Part shown: positions 9,408 through 18,954 of the stretch, in pieces
How the letters are laid out: every line of letters begins with the position of its first letter
How positions within the stretch are numbered: the stretch's first letter is position 1
Origin: Bacillota bacterium
Lineage (GTDB): Bacteria > Bacillota > Clostridia > Acetivibrionales > JAEZXR01
Length of the DNA: 64,000 bases
Direction: 5' to 3'
Assembly (NCBI GenBank): GCA_023419605.1
Contig: JAEZXR010000119.1
Span: 1-64,000 of the forward strand
The notes under the pieces: generated by a model
Told to the model about the DNA's origin: nothing
Databases searched by the model: none
The model's input: only the letters and a program-made list of their open reading frames with translations
Translations under genes and position numbers: made by a program

Positions 9408-10175
9408 ATGGAAAGTAAAAATATGAACTTTATAGAAAGTCCCAATCTGCCTGTAAAACCTGTTACAGCAGCCATCGTTGACGGGAGGATTCCTTCTTTG
9501 ATGGAAACTACCCTTATGGATAGAGGTATGAAATTATTTAAAACGAAGCCTTTGCCCGGTATTTACAATGCCATAGCCTATCATCCCGATATCATGCTGC
9601 ACCATCTCGGAGGAAGAGATCTCCTGTATGCACCGGGAGTCGATGAGGAGTTTCTGGGAAGCCTGAGGAAAATGGGAATGTGCCTTATAGAAGGAAAGAC
9701 GGAATTAACTGCAAGATACCCTGGAAATATCGCGTATAATATCTGTCGAATCGGAAATACTGCAATTCATAATCTGAATTATACGGATCCCATCCTTCGA
9801 AGGGAACTGGAAAAAAGGGGTGTACAGATCGTTCACGTGAAGCAGGGGTATGCAAAGTGTTCCATTTCGGTAGTGGACAGTCATTCCATTATTACGGCAG
9901 ATGCCGGCATTGCAAAAGCGCTGGAAAAGTACGGAATTGAAGTGCTTTTCATTGAGCCGGAAGAAGGTATTCGTCTGCATGAATTGGAGTATGGATTTAT
10001 TGGAGGAAGTACGGGCTGTCTTGGCAGTAAAACCTGGGCAATAGCGGGAAACCTGAAGCATCTGAATGCAGTAAATCAAATCAGCGAGTTTCTGACGAGA
10101 AAAGGAAAGGATATTCTATGCCTGTATGACGGTCCTGTAATGGACATAGGAAGCATCGTTCCGTTGATGGAGTAA
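9408..10175 (+). CDS. Conserved hypothetical protein (255 aa)
   Basis: Clean ORF with an RBS (AAAGGTG) and no recognisable catalytic motifs. Contains HPDIMLHHLG and GFIGGSTGCLG segments. Confidence 0.65.
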   Translation: MESKNMNFIESPNLPVKPVTAAIVDGRIPSLMETTLMDRGMKLFKTKPLPGIYNAIAYHPDIMLHHLGGRDLLYAPGVDEEFLGSLRKMGMCLIEGKTELTARYPGNIAYNICRIGNTAIHNLNYTDPILRRELEKRGVQIVHVKQGYAKCSISVVDSHSIITADAGIAKALEKYGIEVLFIEPEEGIRLHELEYGFIGGSTGCLGSKTWAIAGNLKHLNAVNQISEFLTRKGKDILCLYDGPVMDIGSIVPLME

Positions 10176-10451
10176 CTTTGTATATTTCTTGAATCTCCTT
10201 TATAAAATAGTAACTCCCTTGATATCCCTCTGCATATAATGTAGCAGATTGCATACTTTGAACCTGGAAAAAGCTTCTCCGAAGCTGAAGTAAGGAGAGC
10301 CTAACAGAATAATGTACTGAAGGCTGCGATCAAAGTAATAGTTCGAAATAATTGAAGAAGTTGGGAAAAATGGAAAATATGTGGAAGAATTTGCATATGA
10401 CCTTTACTGCATACAACAATTTACGAAGACGCATACTACAGTTGAAGGGAT

Positions 10452-11366
10452 GTGAAGTTGATGCAGTTTCTTAGCATTGGGGTTAACGAATGTGCTGATG
10501 ACATATTGCAGCAAATAACAAATGAACTACAGCAACTCAATAGTAAAAAAATTAGTTATTCAATAGATGAAGTTAATTCCGGTGATTCGACTTCCATTAT
10601 CTGCAGCATAGAGGACGACAAAACGCAGGACAGAAAGTCGATTCAATGCTACGATGCACTAAGGATACATGTTTCCAATGCACTGGCAGATTTTATTATC
10701 AGGAAATACGAAGAGAAGTTAATTAGCAGAATCATCAACAGCAATTACTGCTATTTCAACTCCGTAGAGAAAAAGGAGATATTCAATCTCTCACTAAAAA
10801 TCATTCGAAATGAAGATAAAAACCTGGTTAACAGCTTATTCCAGATTCATCGGAGGAATGTCATCATCCGGAAGCTTATGGACTACTTTGAAGGATCAAA
10901 CAGCTTGATTCTGGACGGTTTTGTTAACTTCAGGCTCAAAGACTACATGAAAGATTTGGAAGAAGTTGTCGACAAAGCTGTAGATGATTTTTTAATGGAA
11001 AGGGAATACAGGGAATTTATAAGGCTTTTGAGATATTTTGTCGATATTCAGGAGCCGAAATTTGAAATGATTCATGTTTTAGTCGGATATGATAACAAAT
11101 ATATATTATTGGATGAGCACAAAAAGGAAATTACCAATGAGTGCATCCAGGACTTTGTAAATGAGATATCCGAGGGGGAGATCAATTACGATGATCTTTT
11201 AGTCAGCTCTCTTATCACGCTTGCCCCCAAAAAGGTGATTATACACAGCAACGGGCAGTTTCGAAACAAGGAACTGCTGGAGACCATCAAAAATGTATTC
11301 AATGGAAAAGTAGTTTTATGTACCCAGTGCGATATCTGTAGCGTAAATATGGTAAATAAAAGTTAG
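10452..11366 (+). CDS. ytxC: YtxC-like putative sporulation protein
   Basis: About 300 aa. Overall composition and the segment LILDGFVNFRLKDYMKDLEEVVDKAVDDFLMEREYREFIRLLRYFV recall the YtxC family; this rests on recall only. Confidence 0.45.
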   Translation: MKLMQFLSIGVNECADDILQQITNELQQLNSKKISYSIDEVNSGDSTSIICSIEDDKTQDRKSIQCYDALRIHVSNALADFIIRKYEEKLISRIINSNYCYFNSVEKKEIFNLSLKIIRNEDKNLVNSLFQIHRRNVIIRKLMDYFEGSNSLILDGFVNFRLKDYMKDLEEVVDKAVDDFLMEREYREFIRLLRYFVDIQEPKFEMIHVLVGYDNKYILLDEHKKEITNECIQDFVNEISEGEINYDDLLVSSLITLAPKKVIIHSNGQFRNKELLETIKNVFNGKVVLCTQCDICSVNMVNKS

Positions 11367-11398
11367 AGGAAGTAGGTCCAGACCTACTTCCTTTTTTC
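11367..11398 (+). terminator. Rho-independent terminator (GGAAGTAGGTC-CAG-ACCTACTTCC + T-run)
   Basis: Perfect 11-bp stem followed by TTTTTTCT. Confidence 0.8.
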
Positions 11399-11440
11399 TA
11401 CTTCTAGTACTAATTTACTACAAAATATTTACATATTTCT

Positions 11441-11469
11441 TATTGACTTTACTTTCTAAAATGATAAAA
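11441..11469 (+). promoter_or_regulatory. Sigma-A-type promoter (TTGACT-N17-TAAAAT)
   Basis: Consensus-like -35 and -10 elements with 17-bp spacing. Confidence 0.4.
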
Positions 11470-11616
11470 TATTATCAGGAAATAAAGTTCTCTAACAGGC
11501 TTTATTACTTGATTTGAACCTATACAAAAGATGAATTGCGAAATGAACGAATGATGGATTTATAAAAAGCTAAAGAGGAATAAGAAGAAAGAACAAAAGA
11601 AGAGATCCGGGTAAAA

Positions 11617-11645
11617 AAGAGAGTCACTGGCTCTCTTTTTTCTAT
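11617..11645 (+). terminator. Hairpin terminator (AGAGAGTCACTGGCTCTCTTTTTTC)
   Basis: Stem plus T-run about 170 nt downstream of the predicted promoter. Confidence 0.55.
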
Positions 11646-11705
11646 TGCCTTTTACCACTATGCCAGCAGAAGGTTTTATGGTAGAATAGGTGGTAGTTTA
11701 CATCG

Positions 11706-11833
11706 GTAACGAACTTCGCACCCTACTAAATCGGAGCCGAAAAACAAGCGGCAGTTATATACAATAGGATTGGCAACTGCTGATTTGTATAGGATGGTTT
11801 TCGGCGGAGTAAATTCGACTTTAAAGTTCGTTA
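11706..11833 (+). ncRNA. Structured 5'-leader element, copy 1 (TAACGAACTT..ATCGGAGCCGAAA..GCGGCAGTT..TTCGGCGGAGTAAATTC..AAGTTCGTTA)
   Basis: Closing stem TAACGAACTT/AAGTTCGTTA and internal helices GCCGAAAAC/GTTTTCGGC and GCAGTT/AACTGC. An extended -10 (TGGTAGAAT) lies just upstream. It is co-linear with the conserved blocks of a second copy at 34876-34949. Confidence 0.5.
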
Positions 11834-11855
11834 TCCGTAAGAAGGAGATACAAGC

Positions 11856-12695
11856 ATGAAGGTTTATGGTTTCATTGGTCCCAGTGGTACCGGCAAGAGC
11901 CATCGGGCTACCTGGGTCGCACGTGAAAGAGGGATTGACTTTATTATAGATGACGGTTTGCTGATCCGGGGAACCCGGATCGTGGCGGGAACTTCCGCTA
12001 AAAAGGAAAGTACGAAGATTGCATCCGTAAAGCGGGCTTTGTTTACCGATGCAAAGCATGCTGCGGATGTAAAACGGGCGCTGGAACTATATCAGGCTCC
12101 TTCTTTGCTGATCCTGGGAACCTCCGACGGCATGGTTGAGGCAATTGCAAAACGGCTGGAGCTTCCACAGATCAGCGAAAAAATCTATATTCATCAGGTA
12201 GCCAGCGAATTTGAAATCAAACAGGCCATCTCTACCCGAAGAGAGCAGGGAAAGCACGTTATTCCGGTGCCTACCTTCGAGATCAAAAAAGACTTTTCCG
12301 GGTACTTTCTGGACCCTCTCCAGATTTTTCGAAGAAAGGGCAAGGGAAGCTTTCAACTGGAAGGGGAAAAGTCCGTGGTTCGTCCTACCTTCAGCTACAT
12401 GGGGAAGTATACCATATCCGATTATACCATTTACCAGATTATCGATTACGTAACTTCCAAAATCGAAGGTGTGCATAAAATCTCCCGGTTCCGGGCGGAA
12501 AACCATCCTGACGGATTATATGTCGAGATGGATCTGGTGCTGGTCATGGGCTATCCTATAAAGCCGCTGCTGCGCAGTATTCAGCAAAAGTTGGCGGAAG
12601 AGGTGGAGAAGCTTACGGCGCTGAACATTAAAGCCATCAATCTGGTGGCAAAGAGTTTGGTGGTAGAAGGAAAGAAGGAGCTGGAAGGGGAGTAA
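11856..12695 (+). CDS. Uncharacterised P-loop NTPase (GPSGTGKSH) fused to an Asp23/alkaline-shock-like C-terminal domain
   Basis: Walker A at residues 8-15. The C-terminal segment VHKISRF..LYVEMDLVLVMGYPIKPLLRSIQQKLAEEVEKLTALNIKAINLVAKSL resembles Asp23/Gls24. RBS GAAGGAG. Confidence 0.7.
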   Translation: MKVYGFIGPSGTGKSHRATWVARERGIDFIIDDGLLIRGTRIVAGTSAKKESTKIASVKRALFTDAKHAADVKRALELYQAPSLLILGTSDGMVEAIAKRLELPQISEKIYIHQVASEFEIKQAISTRREQGKHVIPVPTFEIKKDFSGYFLDPLQIFRRKGKGSFQLEGEKSVVRPTFSYMGKYTISDYTIYQIIDYVTSKIEGVHKISRFRAENHPDGLYVEMDLVLVMGYPIKPLLRSIQQKLAEEVEKLTALNIKAINLVAKSLVVEGKKELEGE

Positions 12696-12774
12696 ATATT
12701 GTGAATTATAATTAATGTTATCACAAAATATAATTACTCTTGTAACGGTTATAATAAAATATTGTCATAAATTT

Positions 12775-12822
12775 CGGCCCTTATTGCATCTTGAAGTCAG
12801 GTGCAATAAGGGCTTTATGTTT
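12775..12822 (+). terminator. Hairpin terminator (GCCCTTATTGCA..TGCAATAAGGGC)
   Basis: 12-bp perfect inverted repeat followed by a T-rich tract. Confidence 0.65.
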
Positions 12823-13281
12823 TTGCCGCAGGACTATAGCCGGTAATCGGCACGTTTACGGATGCTGCCCAAAACAACCGGACTCGCAGCCGTACCGCCG
12901 GTACAGATAAAGGGAAATGGAAATAAGAACATTTCCGTCGCTTTCTTCTACCGGAAATATTATGGCGAGTAAATAAAAAGAGGAGGATCTGGACAGCCTT
13001 CAATATACCGCAGAAATAAGCATTGTACAGGTTATGGATTAGACCATGGATAAATTTTTATTTCCCAGGAGCAGACATATTTGCAAAATTTCCATAAATA
13101 GATAATAGAGATGGGAGATCACTTACAACAGCGAGGGACAATCGTCATACTTGCAGCAAAGGGAGTAATGGCTGAATGCATGTTTGGTTCTAAAGAAGGT
13201 ATGACGTGCAGCGGAAAAATTTTACCGGATGGTTGGGTAGGAGCACCCCCGTTGTTGAAAAGAAATCTATATAGCAGGGAA

Positions 13282-13968
13282 AGGATGTGTTTTATGAATA
13301 CAAATTCACCAGGTAAACTAGCGTTTTGGACTGCCTTTTTTGCCGCAGTTTTTAGCGTTATGTACTCAATTTTTCAAATATTATCAGCATTAGGTGTTCT
13401 CACAGGCTATGCCAGCCAGATATTAATCTTTGGTACATCGATTTTAATAGCTCCTTCCTTTGTAGCTATGATGGCGTGTGTACACCAGTCCGCCCCCGAT
13501 TCTAAAAAAGTTTGGAGCCAGATCGGGGTGCTTTTTTCCGTACTTTATGCAGTTTTCGTTATGATGACCTATATGACGGAATTGTTTGTAGTGATACCGC
13601 ACAGTATGCGCGGCGAAGCGGATAAAGTCGCCTTACTGGCCTTTAATCCCGAATCAATCATGTATGTCATTGATGGCCTGGGATATACCTTTATGTGTTT
13701 GGCAACACTGTTTACAGTACCGATATATATAAATACAGGAATTGAGAAGTGGATTAAACGAATGTCTATTATGAACGGGATATTAGGCATACCGATTTTT
13801 ATCGTTTATACTCACTTTCAGCCTGTGCTGTTGTTCTTTGTGGCTTTGTGGATGGTTACCGTACCGGGGATTTGTATTCTTTTGACTGTTCGATTTGGCA
13901 GTACAGTCTATAGGGGAAATAAAACAAATACCCATCATAGGAAGATTGTGAATATTAAAATTTCATGA
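13282..13968 (+). CDS. Hypothetical polytopic membrane protein
   Basis: Six or more hydrophobic helices. The start is uncertain: the ORF opens at 13111, but the hydrophobic core and a GGAAAGG RBS favour ATG near 13282. Confidence 0.55.
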   Translation, partial: RMCFMNTNSPGKLAFWTAFFAAVFSVMYSIFQILSALGVLTGYASQILIFGTSILIAPSFVAMMACVHQSAPDSKKVWSQIGVLFSVLYAVFVMMTYMTELFVVIPHSMRGEADKVALLAFNPESIMYVIDGLGYTFMCLATLFTVPIYINTGIEKWIKRMSIMNGILGIPIFIVYTHFQPVLLFFVALWMVTVPGICILLTVRFGSTVYRGNKTNTHHRKIVNIKIS

Positions 13969-14309
13969 ATATGATCAATCGATACATATAAATAGATGTA
14001 TATACGGATGATAAAGATCAGGAATCCAGAAATGAAGATTAGAACCTCATCCCCAGGAAAACACTGGGCTCAAGTGACGGAATACTGCTCACAGAGACAT
14101 AAGAAGCAAAATAAGGTAGAACCATAGGAAACGAAGACGAGTAATTCGGGTGGCGATGTTACAGGGTCCCCAAAAGGGTGTTATGCGAAGAATAAAATAG
14201 TAGCCACCCTTGGTGGGGTGTATTTTAATATACCTGTTTCTTACTACATATAGGCGACGACTAGGATGTATGGGAATTTCATACGCCACCTTGCTGAAGG
14301 AGATGTTAT

Positions 14310-15350
14310 ATGGATAAAGTTAACACTTTTGATGGATTTGCGAATAAGATACTTAAAACCTATCACATGGGAGAAGAAGAATTCTGGGCGGCTGTAATGG
14401 CCCCGTTCTTATCCGATAGCAATGTTTTGACAATGTGGAAGCACCGTAAGGTGGGTTTGGAGCTTTTAAACCTATTTAAGGATGTAGATGATGAAAGGAA
14501 GAAGTTTCTGGCCCAATATACGATTCCAACGGGACTCGACATAACAAAATGGAAAAGTCTGAGTAAGAAAGATGAATATTTTAAGGATGCCTATCCCGTT
14601 TACGCATTTTTAGTCATATGGATGGAGGAGAACGGATTAACCGAAAAGCTGGAAGCTTTTGGGGATATCCTTCGCGCTGTAGTCTATGGGATCGCGGGGT
14701 ATGGAATCCTGGATGTCATAGTGGACGAAAAGAATTTCTCCGCTATTGAGCTCCTTACTGCCCAAGCGCTTATTGCTGAATATGAGACAAAGATTCTTAC
14801 GACCTTTGGCGCAACGGAAATTAATCTCAACATTTTGCACCGGATTCGAGACCAGTTTCTAAAAGCTGAAATCAAAGAAAAATCCCTTCGTGAAAAGAGG
14901 AGTCCTTATGATAAGGATAAACCGATAGAATGCGGTTTTAAAGCCGCTCATCTTTTGACACCCTTCATGCTTAGCCTGGAGTGTTTGGGAAAGTCCTCTC
15001 TTATCGATGATTATTTTGAGGTTTTCTTTTTATTTGGTGCAGTGATTCAGATTATGGATGATCTGAAAGATTTGGAAGAAGACCTTTCCATTGGACATTT
15101 TTCTTATGTGACACTGGACTCGGATGCATTTTCCTTGTTCAAAAAGGGCCGAAAGCCAGGTGAAATTGCGAAAAGGCTTTTAGAAGACAAGCTGCGTCTG
15201 AAAGATATTTATACCACGTGCAAAAAGCTTATAGCGGATTCAAATACGATTTTAAGGAACCTGAAGGATCCATTTTTGCCAAGGATTGTATATGTTACAG
15301 AACTGAGACTGGATTCCTATTTTAGAAAGGAATTAAAATTGGATGTATAG
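14310..15350 (+). CDS. Isoprenoid-synthase-fold protein (polyprenyl synthetase/terpene synthase-like) with Asp-rich motif IQIMDDLKDLEED
   Basis: GAVIQIMDDLKD resembles the second DDxxD motif (GxxFQIxDDxxD) of trans-prenyl transferases. The first motif is degenerate (ILDVIVDE). All-helical composition. Confidence 0.5.
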   Translation: MDKVNTFDGFANKILKTYHMGEEEFWAAVMAPFLSDSNVLTMWKHRKVGLELLNLFKDVDDERKKFLAQYTIPTGLDITKWKSLSKKDEYFKDAYPVYAFLVIWMEENGLTEKLEAFGDILRAVVYGIAGYGILDVIVDEKNFSAIELLTAQALIAEYETKILTTFGATEINLNILHRIRDQFLKAEIKEKSLREKRSPYDKDKPIECGFKAAHLLTPFMLSLECLGKSSLIDDYFEVFFLFGAVIQIMDDLKDLEEDLSIGHFSYVTLDSDAFSLFKKGRKPGEIAKRLLEDKLRLKDIYTTCKKLIADSNTILRNLKDPFLPRIVYVTELRLDSYFRKELKLDV

Positions 15351-15459
15351 AGAATGAAGGGAAGCTATGCTGCTTAGGCTGTTAAATGCCAATATTCCCA
15401 ACATACAGGGATGCGTATCGCATTCCCTGTATGTTGAGACAGCCTCCAATTATAAAGTT

Positions 15460-17928
15460 CTAGATAAACAAATTCATGTCCGATTCTTCCGCACTACCCA
15501 GGAAGGAAGCCACACCGCCGATGGTGACACCCTCTATGAGTTCTTCCTTCTTAATCCCCATAATGTCCATGGACATATTGCAGGCGACAAAGCTGACACC
15601 ATTTTTTATTGCCTGGTCCATAAGTTCTTCCAAGGAGGCTACGTCCTTTTTGTTCATTAGATACCGTATCATTTTTGGCCCGATACCGGACATATTCATT
15701 TTCGATAAGGACAGCTTCCGTGACCCTTTGGGCATCATAAAGCCGAACATTCTGGAAATCAAGTCCTTCTTAACATTTGCAGGTTCCGCCTTTCTTAGTA
15801 TGTTCAGGCCCCAGAAGGTGAAAAACATCGTTACCTTTCTACCCATGGCAGCGGCTCCATTTGCGATAATAAAGGAAGCGATTGCCTTATCCAGATCGTT
15901 ACTGAATACGATCATGCATTTATCGTTCTTTTTCTGAGTCGTTGAAGCATCCGTGGATGGAAACTCTTTCTTTATGGTCGCCTTAAAGGCGTTATTCTCA
16001 AAGTTGGAATCCAGGAACCGGTTTCCGGTACTTTTACACCAGCTTTTTATATCTTCCGGGAAGGCTGGATCTGTAGCTTTAACTTCAAGCACTTCGCCAT
16101 AATTCATGGAATTTACTGTTTCATAAACCTTCATGATGGGTCCGGGGCACTGGAGGCCGCAGGCATCAAGCTCTATTTTTGTGTCCGGTGTGCATTTCCC
16201 GTCCTCGCAATCCGCCGGTTTGATTTCATCGTTCTTCATAATTTTATCATACTCGTAAATATCTTCGTTAGACTGCTTCTGGACAGCCATCTGATAGGTC
16301 TTATACCCTCCGTTCAGGTTTTTGACAGTATTGTAGCCCTTTTGTATCAATATCCTGCACGCCAGATAGCCTCTTAATCCAACCTGGCAGAAAATATAGA
16401 TTTCCTTCTCCCTGGGGATTTCATCCAAGCGGTCCCTGAGCTCATCCAGGGGAATATTCACGGCACCCTGAATGGTTCCCAGATCAAATTCCGCCGGTGT
16501 TCTGACGTCGATCAGCAGCCCTTCGTCCCTGGCGATGGTTCCTACTTCATCCCAATGGAAGATGCCGCAGGCTTTTTTGAGAATATTGGAAGCCGTATAA
16601 CCGGCAAGGTTTACCGGATCTTTTGCCGAGGAGTAGGGTGGGGCATAGGAAAGCTCCAGTTTTTCCAGATCCAATACGGTCATACCTGCTCTCATGGCTG
16701 TAGACAGTACATCCATTCTCTTGTCCACACCTTCGTATCCCACAATTTGCGCCCCCAAAAGCTTACCGTCCTTTTTTCCGAAAAGCAGCTTGATGGACAT
16801 GGGAATGGCTCCCGGGTAGTATCCTGCATGGGAGGCGGAATGGGTAAAGGACTTTTCATATTCGATCCCATTTCTCTTCAGAATTCTTTCATTGTTTCCG
16901 GTGACGGCAACCGTGATATCGAAAACCTTTACGATGGAGGTTCCCTGTGTGCCCTCAAATTTTTCCGTCAGGCCGCAGATGTTATTTGCTGCAATCCTCC
17001 CCTGCTTGTTTGCCGGTCCTGCAAGGGGGATCAGTGCTTCGCTTCCACTGACGAAATCCTTTACCTCCACAGCATCACCCACGGCATAGATGTCCTCGTT
17101 GGAGGTCTGCATGTATTCGTTCACATAGATTCCGCCGGTTTTTCCGATTTTCAGGCCTGCGTCAGCGGCCAGCCGTGTTTCAGGCTTTACCCCGATTCCC
17201 ATAATCACCATATCTGCTGTAAGGGATTTTCCGCTGGAGAGTTTTACACGAATGCAGGCATCATCCTCTTCAAAGGATTCCACTGCATCCTTCAGGTATA
17301 ATTCCACCTGGTTGGCTTTCATATGCTGGTGTACTAGGGATGCCATATCATAATCCAGAGGGCCGATGACATGGTCTGCCAGTTCGACAACCGTCACCTT
17401 CACGCCGCGCATATGCAGATTTTCGGCAACCTCAAGGCCGATAAATCCGGCACCCACGACGACAGCTCGCCTGGGATTCATTTTGTCAACATAATCCTTA
17501 ATTCGATCGGTGTCGGGAATGTTCCTCAGGGTGAAAATCCGATTTGAAGTAATGCCCGGAAGGTTCGGCTTGACGGGTTCTGCGCCGGGGGAAAGGACCA
17601 GTTTGTCATAAGTCTCCCGATAGACTTTGTTTTCCGCCCTATTTAAGACTTCAACGGTTTTTATCTCCGGCAGAATCTTTATGACTTCACTCTTTATCCG
17701 CACATCGACCCGGAATCTTTTCTTCATTGCTTCCGGTGTCTGAATCAGCAGCTTGTCTTTTTCCTTGATGACCTCACCGATATAATAGGGAAGACCGCAG
17801 TTTGCAAAAGAAATGTGTTCGCCTTTTTCGAATAAAATGATTTCCGCATTTTCGTCCAATCGGCGGAGTCTTGCCGCGCTGCTGGCTCCCCCGGCAACAC
17901 CACCCACAATTACAACTTTTATGCCCAT
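15460..17928 (-). CDS. Multidomain CoA-disulfide reductase/NADH oxidase-rhodanese-TusA-DsrE fusion (persulfide/sulfur-trafficking oxidoreductase)
   Basis: N-terminal FAD/NAD motifs (VVIVGGVAGGASSAARL, FANCGLPYY redox Cys, second GxGxxG VVVGAGFIGLE). Then a rhodanese segment (IFCQVGLRGY), a TusA CPGP motif (CGLQCPGPIMK) and a DsrE-like C-terminus. Confidence 0.85.
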   Translation of the reverse strand: MGIKVVIVGGVAGGASSAARLRRLDENAEIILFEKGEHISFANCGLPYYIGEVIKEKDKLLIQTPEAMKKRFRVDVRIKSEVIKILPEIKTVEVLNRAENKVYRETYDKLVLSPGAEPVKPNLPGITSNRIFTLRNIPDTDRIKDYVDKMNPRRAVVVGAGFIGLEVAENLHMRGVKVTVVELADHVIGPLDYDMASLVHQHMKANQVELYLKDAVESFEEDDACIRVKLSSGKSLTADMVIMGIGVKPETRLAADAGLKIGKTGGIYVNEYMQTSNEDIYAVGDAVEVKDFVSGSEALIPLAGPANKQGRIAANNICGLTEKFEGTQGTSIVKVFDITVAVTGNNERILKRNGIEYEKSFTHSASHAGYYPGAIPMSIKLLFGKKDGKLLGAQIVGYEGVDKRMDVLSTAMRAGMTVLDLEKLELSYAPPYSSAKDPVNLAGYTASNILKKACGIFHWDEVGTIARDEGLLIDVRTPAEFDLGTIQGAVNIPLDELRDRLDEIPREKEIYIFCQVGLRGYLACRILIQKGYNTVKNLNGGYKTYQMAVQKQSNEDIYEYDKIMKNDEIKPADCEDGKCTPDTKIELDACGLQCPGPIMKVYETVNSMNYGEVLEVKATDPAFPEDIKSWCKSTGNRFLDSNFENNAFKATIKKEFPSTDASTTQKKNDKCMIVFSNDLDKAIASFIIANGAAAMGRKVTMFFTFWGLNILRKAEPANVKKDLISRMFGFMMPKGSRKLSLSKMNMSGIGPKMIRYLMNKKDVASLEELMDQAIKNGVSFVACNMSMDIMGIKKEELIEGVTIGGVASFLGSAEESDMNLFI

Positions 17929-18276
17929 AAGCTGACCTCCTTAATTTATCATTATATCATTATATTGCAATTTTATGATTAAAGGTTGTGCCTGTCAATA
18001 TTAAAATTATGCTTATTATTTATAGTCCCTTCTGAGAGAGTTCATGCATTGGCATAGGATATTTTTAAAAAAATTTTACTCTCTTCCGTGTTCCTATCCT
18101 GCATATGAAAAATCAGGCAAATGAAAAAGGAAAAACAACTGCATGAACAATGAGAAGGATAAAAGCTCAATCGGCTCTTCAAGGATTGGGCTTTTTTTGT
18201 TTATAATTTGTATAGAATTGTGTACTATACTTTTATGAGGTAACGATAAAGAGCTTACAAAGAAAGGAGGAGGGAT

Positions 18277-18954
18277 ATGCGTGAAAAGATTCTAATCGCC
18301 GATGATGAGCCGGGAATTGTTGCTTTTGTAAAGCAGTACCTTGAAGGCCAGGGTTTTGAAGTGCTTGCTGCCGGTGACGGAAACCAGGCCTTGGAGCTGG
18401 CTGCGGAAAAACCCGACCTTATCCTGTTGGATATCATGATGCCTGGAATGGATGGGCTATCCGTGTGCCGTGCCATACGGGAAGTGGTAACCTGTCCCAT
18501 TTTGTTTCTTACGGCAAAGGTGGAAGAAGCGGACCGTGTCAGGGGTTTTTCAGCGGGAGCCGACGACTATATACTCAAACCTTTCAGTATCAAGGAATTG
18601 GGTGCACGCGTGGAAGCGCATTTGCGAAGGGAGAGGCGAAAACGCACACAGAGTTCCCGGATGTGCTTTGGGCGTTTATGGGTGGATTATGCCGGCCACC
18701 GGGTTGGCTTTGAAAACGAGGAAATTCCTCTGGCCCGAAAGGAATATGAAATCGTCGAGCTGTTATCGCTCCATGCCGGGCAGGTGTTTTCCCGCGAGCG
18801 CATCTACGAGCGCATATGGGGCTATGATGCGGAAGGCAGCGACAGTGCTGTCACCGAACACATAAAGCGCCTTCGTACCAAGCTTTCTCAGTATAATCAG
18901 GCGGACCGGATTGAAACGGTTTGGGGGGTGGGGTATCGATGGCAAAAAGGATGA
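18277..18954 (+). CDS. OmpR-family response regulator
   Basis: Receiver domain (ILIADDEP, DLILLDIMMPGMDG, LFLTAK) and winged-helix C-terminus (VWGVGYRW). RBS AAAGGAGGAGGG. Confidence 0.9.
   Translation: MREKILIADDEPGIVAFVKQYLEGQGFEVLAAGDGNQALELAAEKPDLILLDIMMPGMDGLSVCRAIREVVTCPILFLTAKVEEADRVRGFSAGADDYILKPFSIKELGARVEAHLRRERRKRTQSSRMCFGRLWVDYAGHRVGFENEEIPLARKEYEIVELLSLHAGQVFSRERIYERIWGYDAEGSDSAVTEHIKRLRTKLSQYNQADRIETVWGVGYRWQKG

Noticed and set aside
13111-13281. Upstream extension of the membrane protein ORF
   Set aside because: The segment is not hydrophobic and has no RBS. The better start is near 13282 after GGAAAGG.
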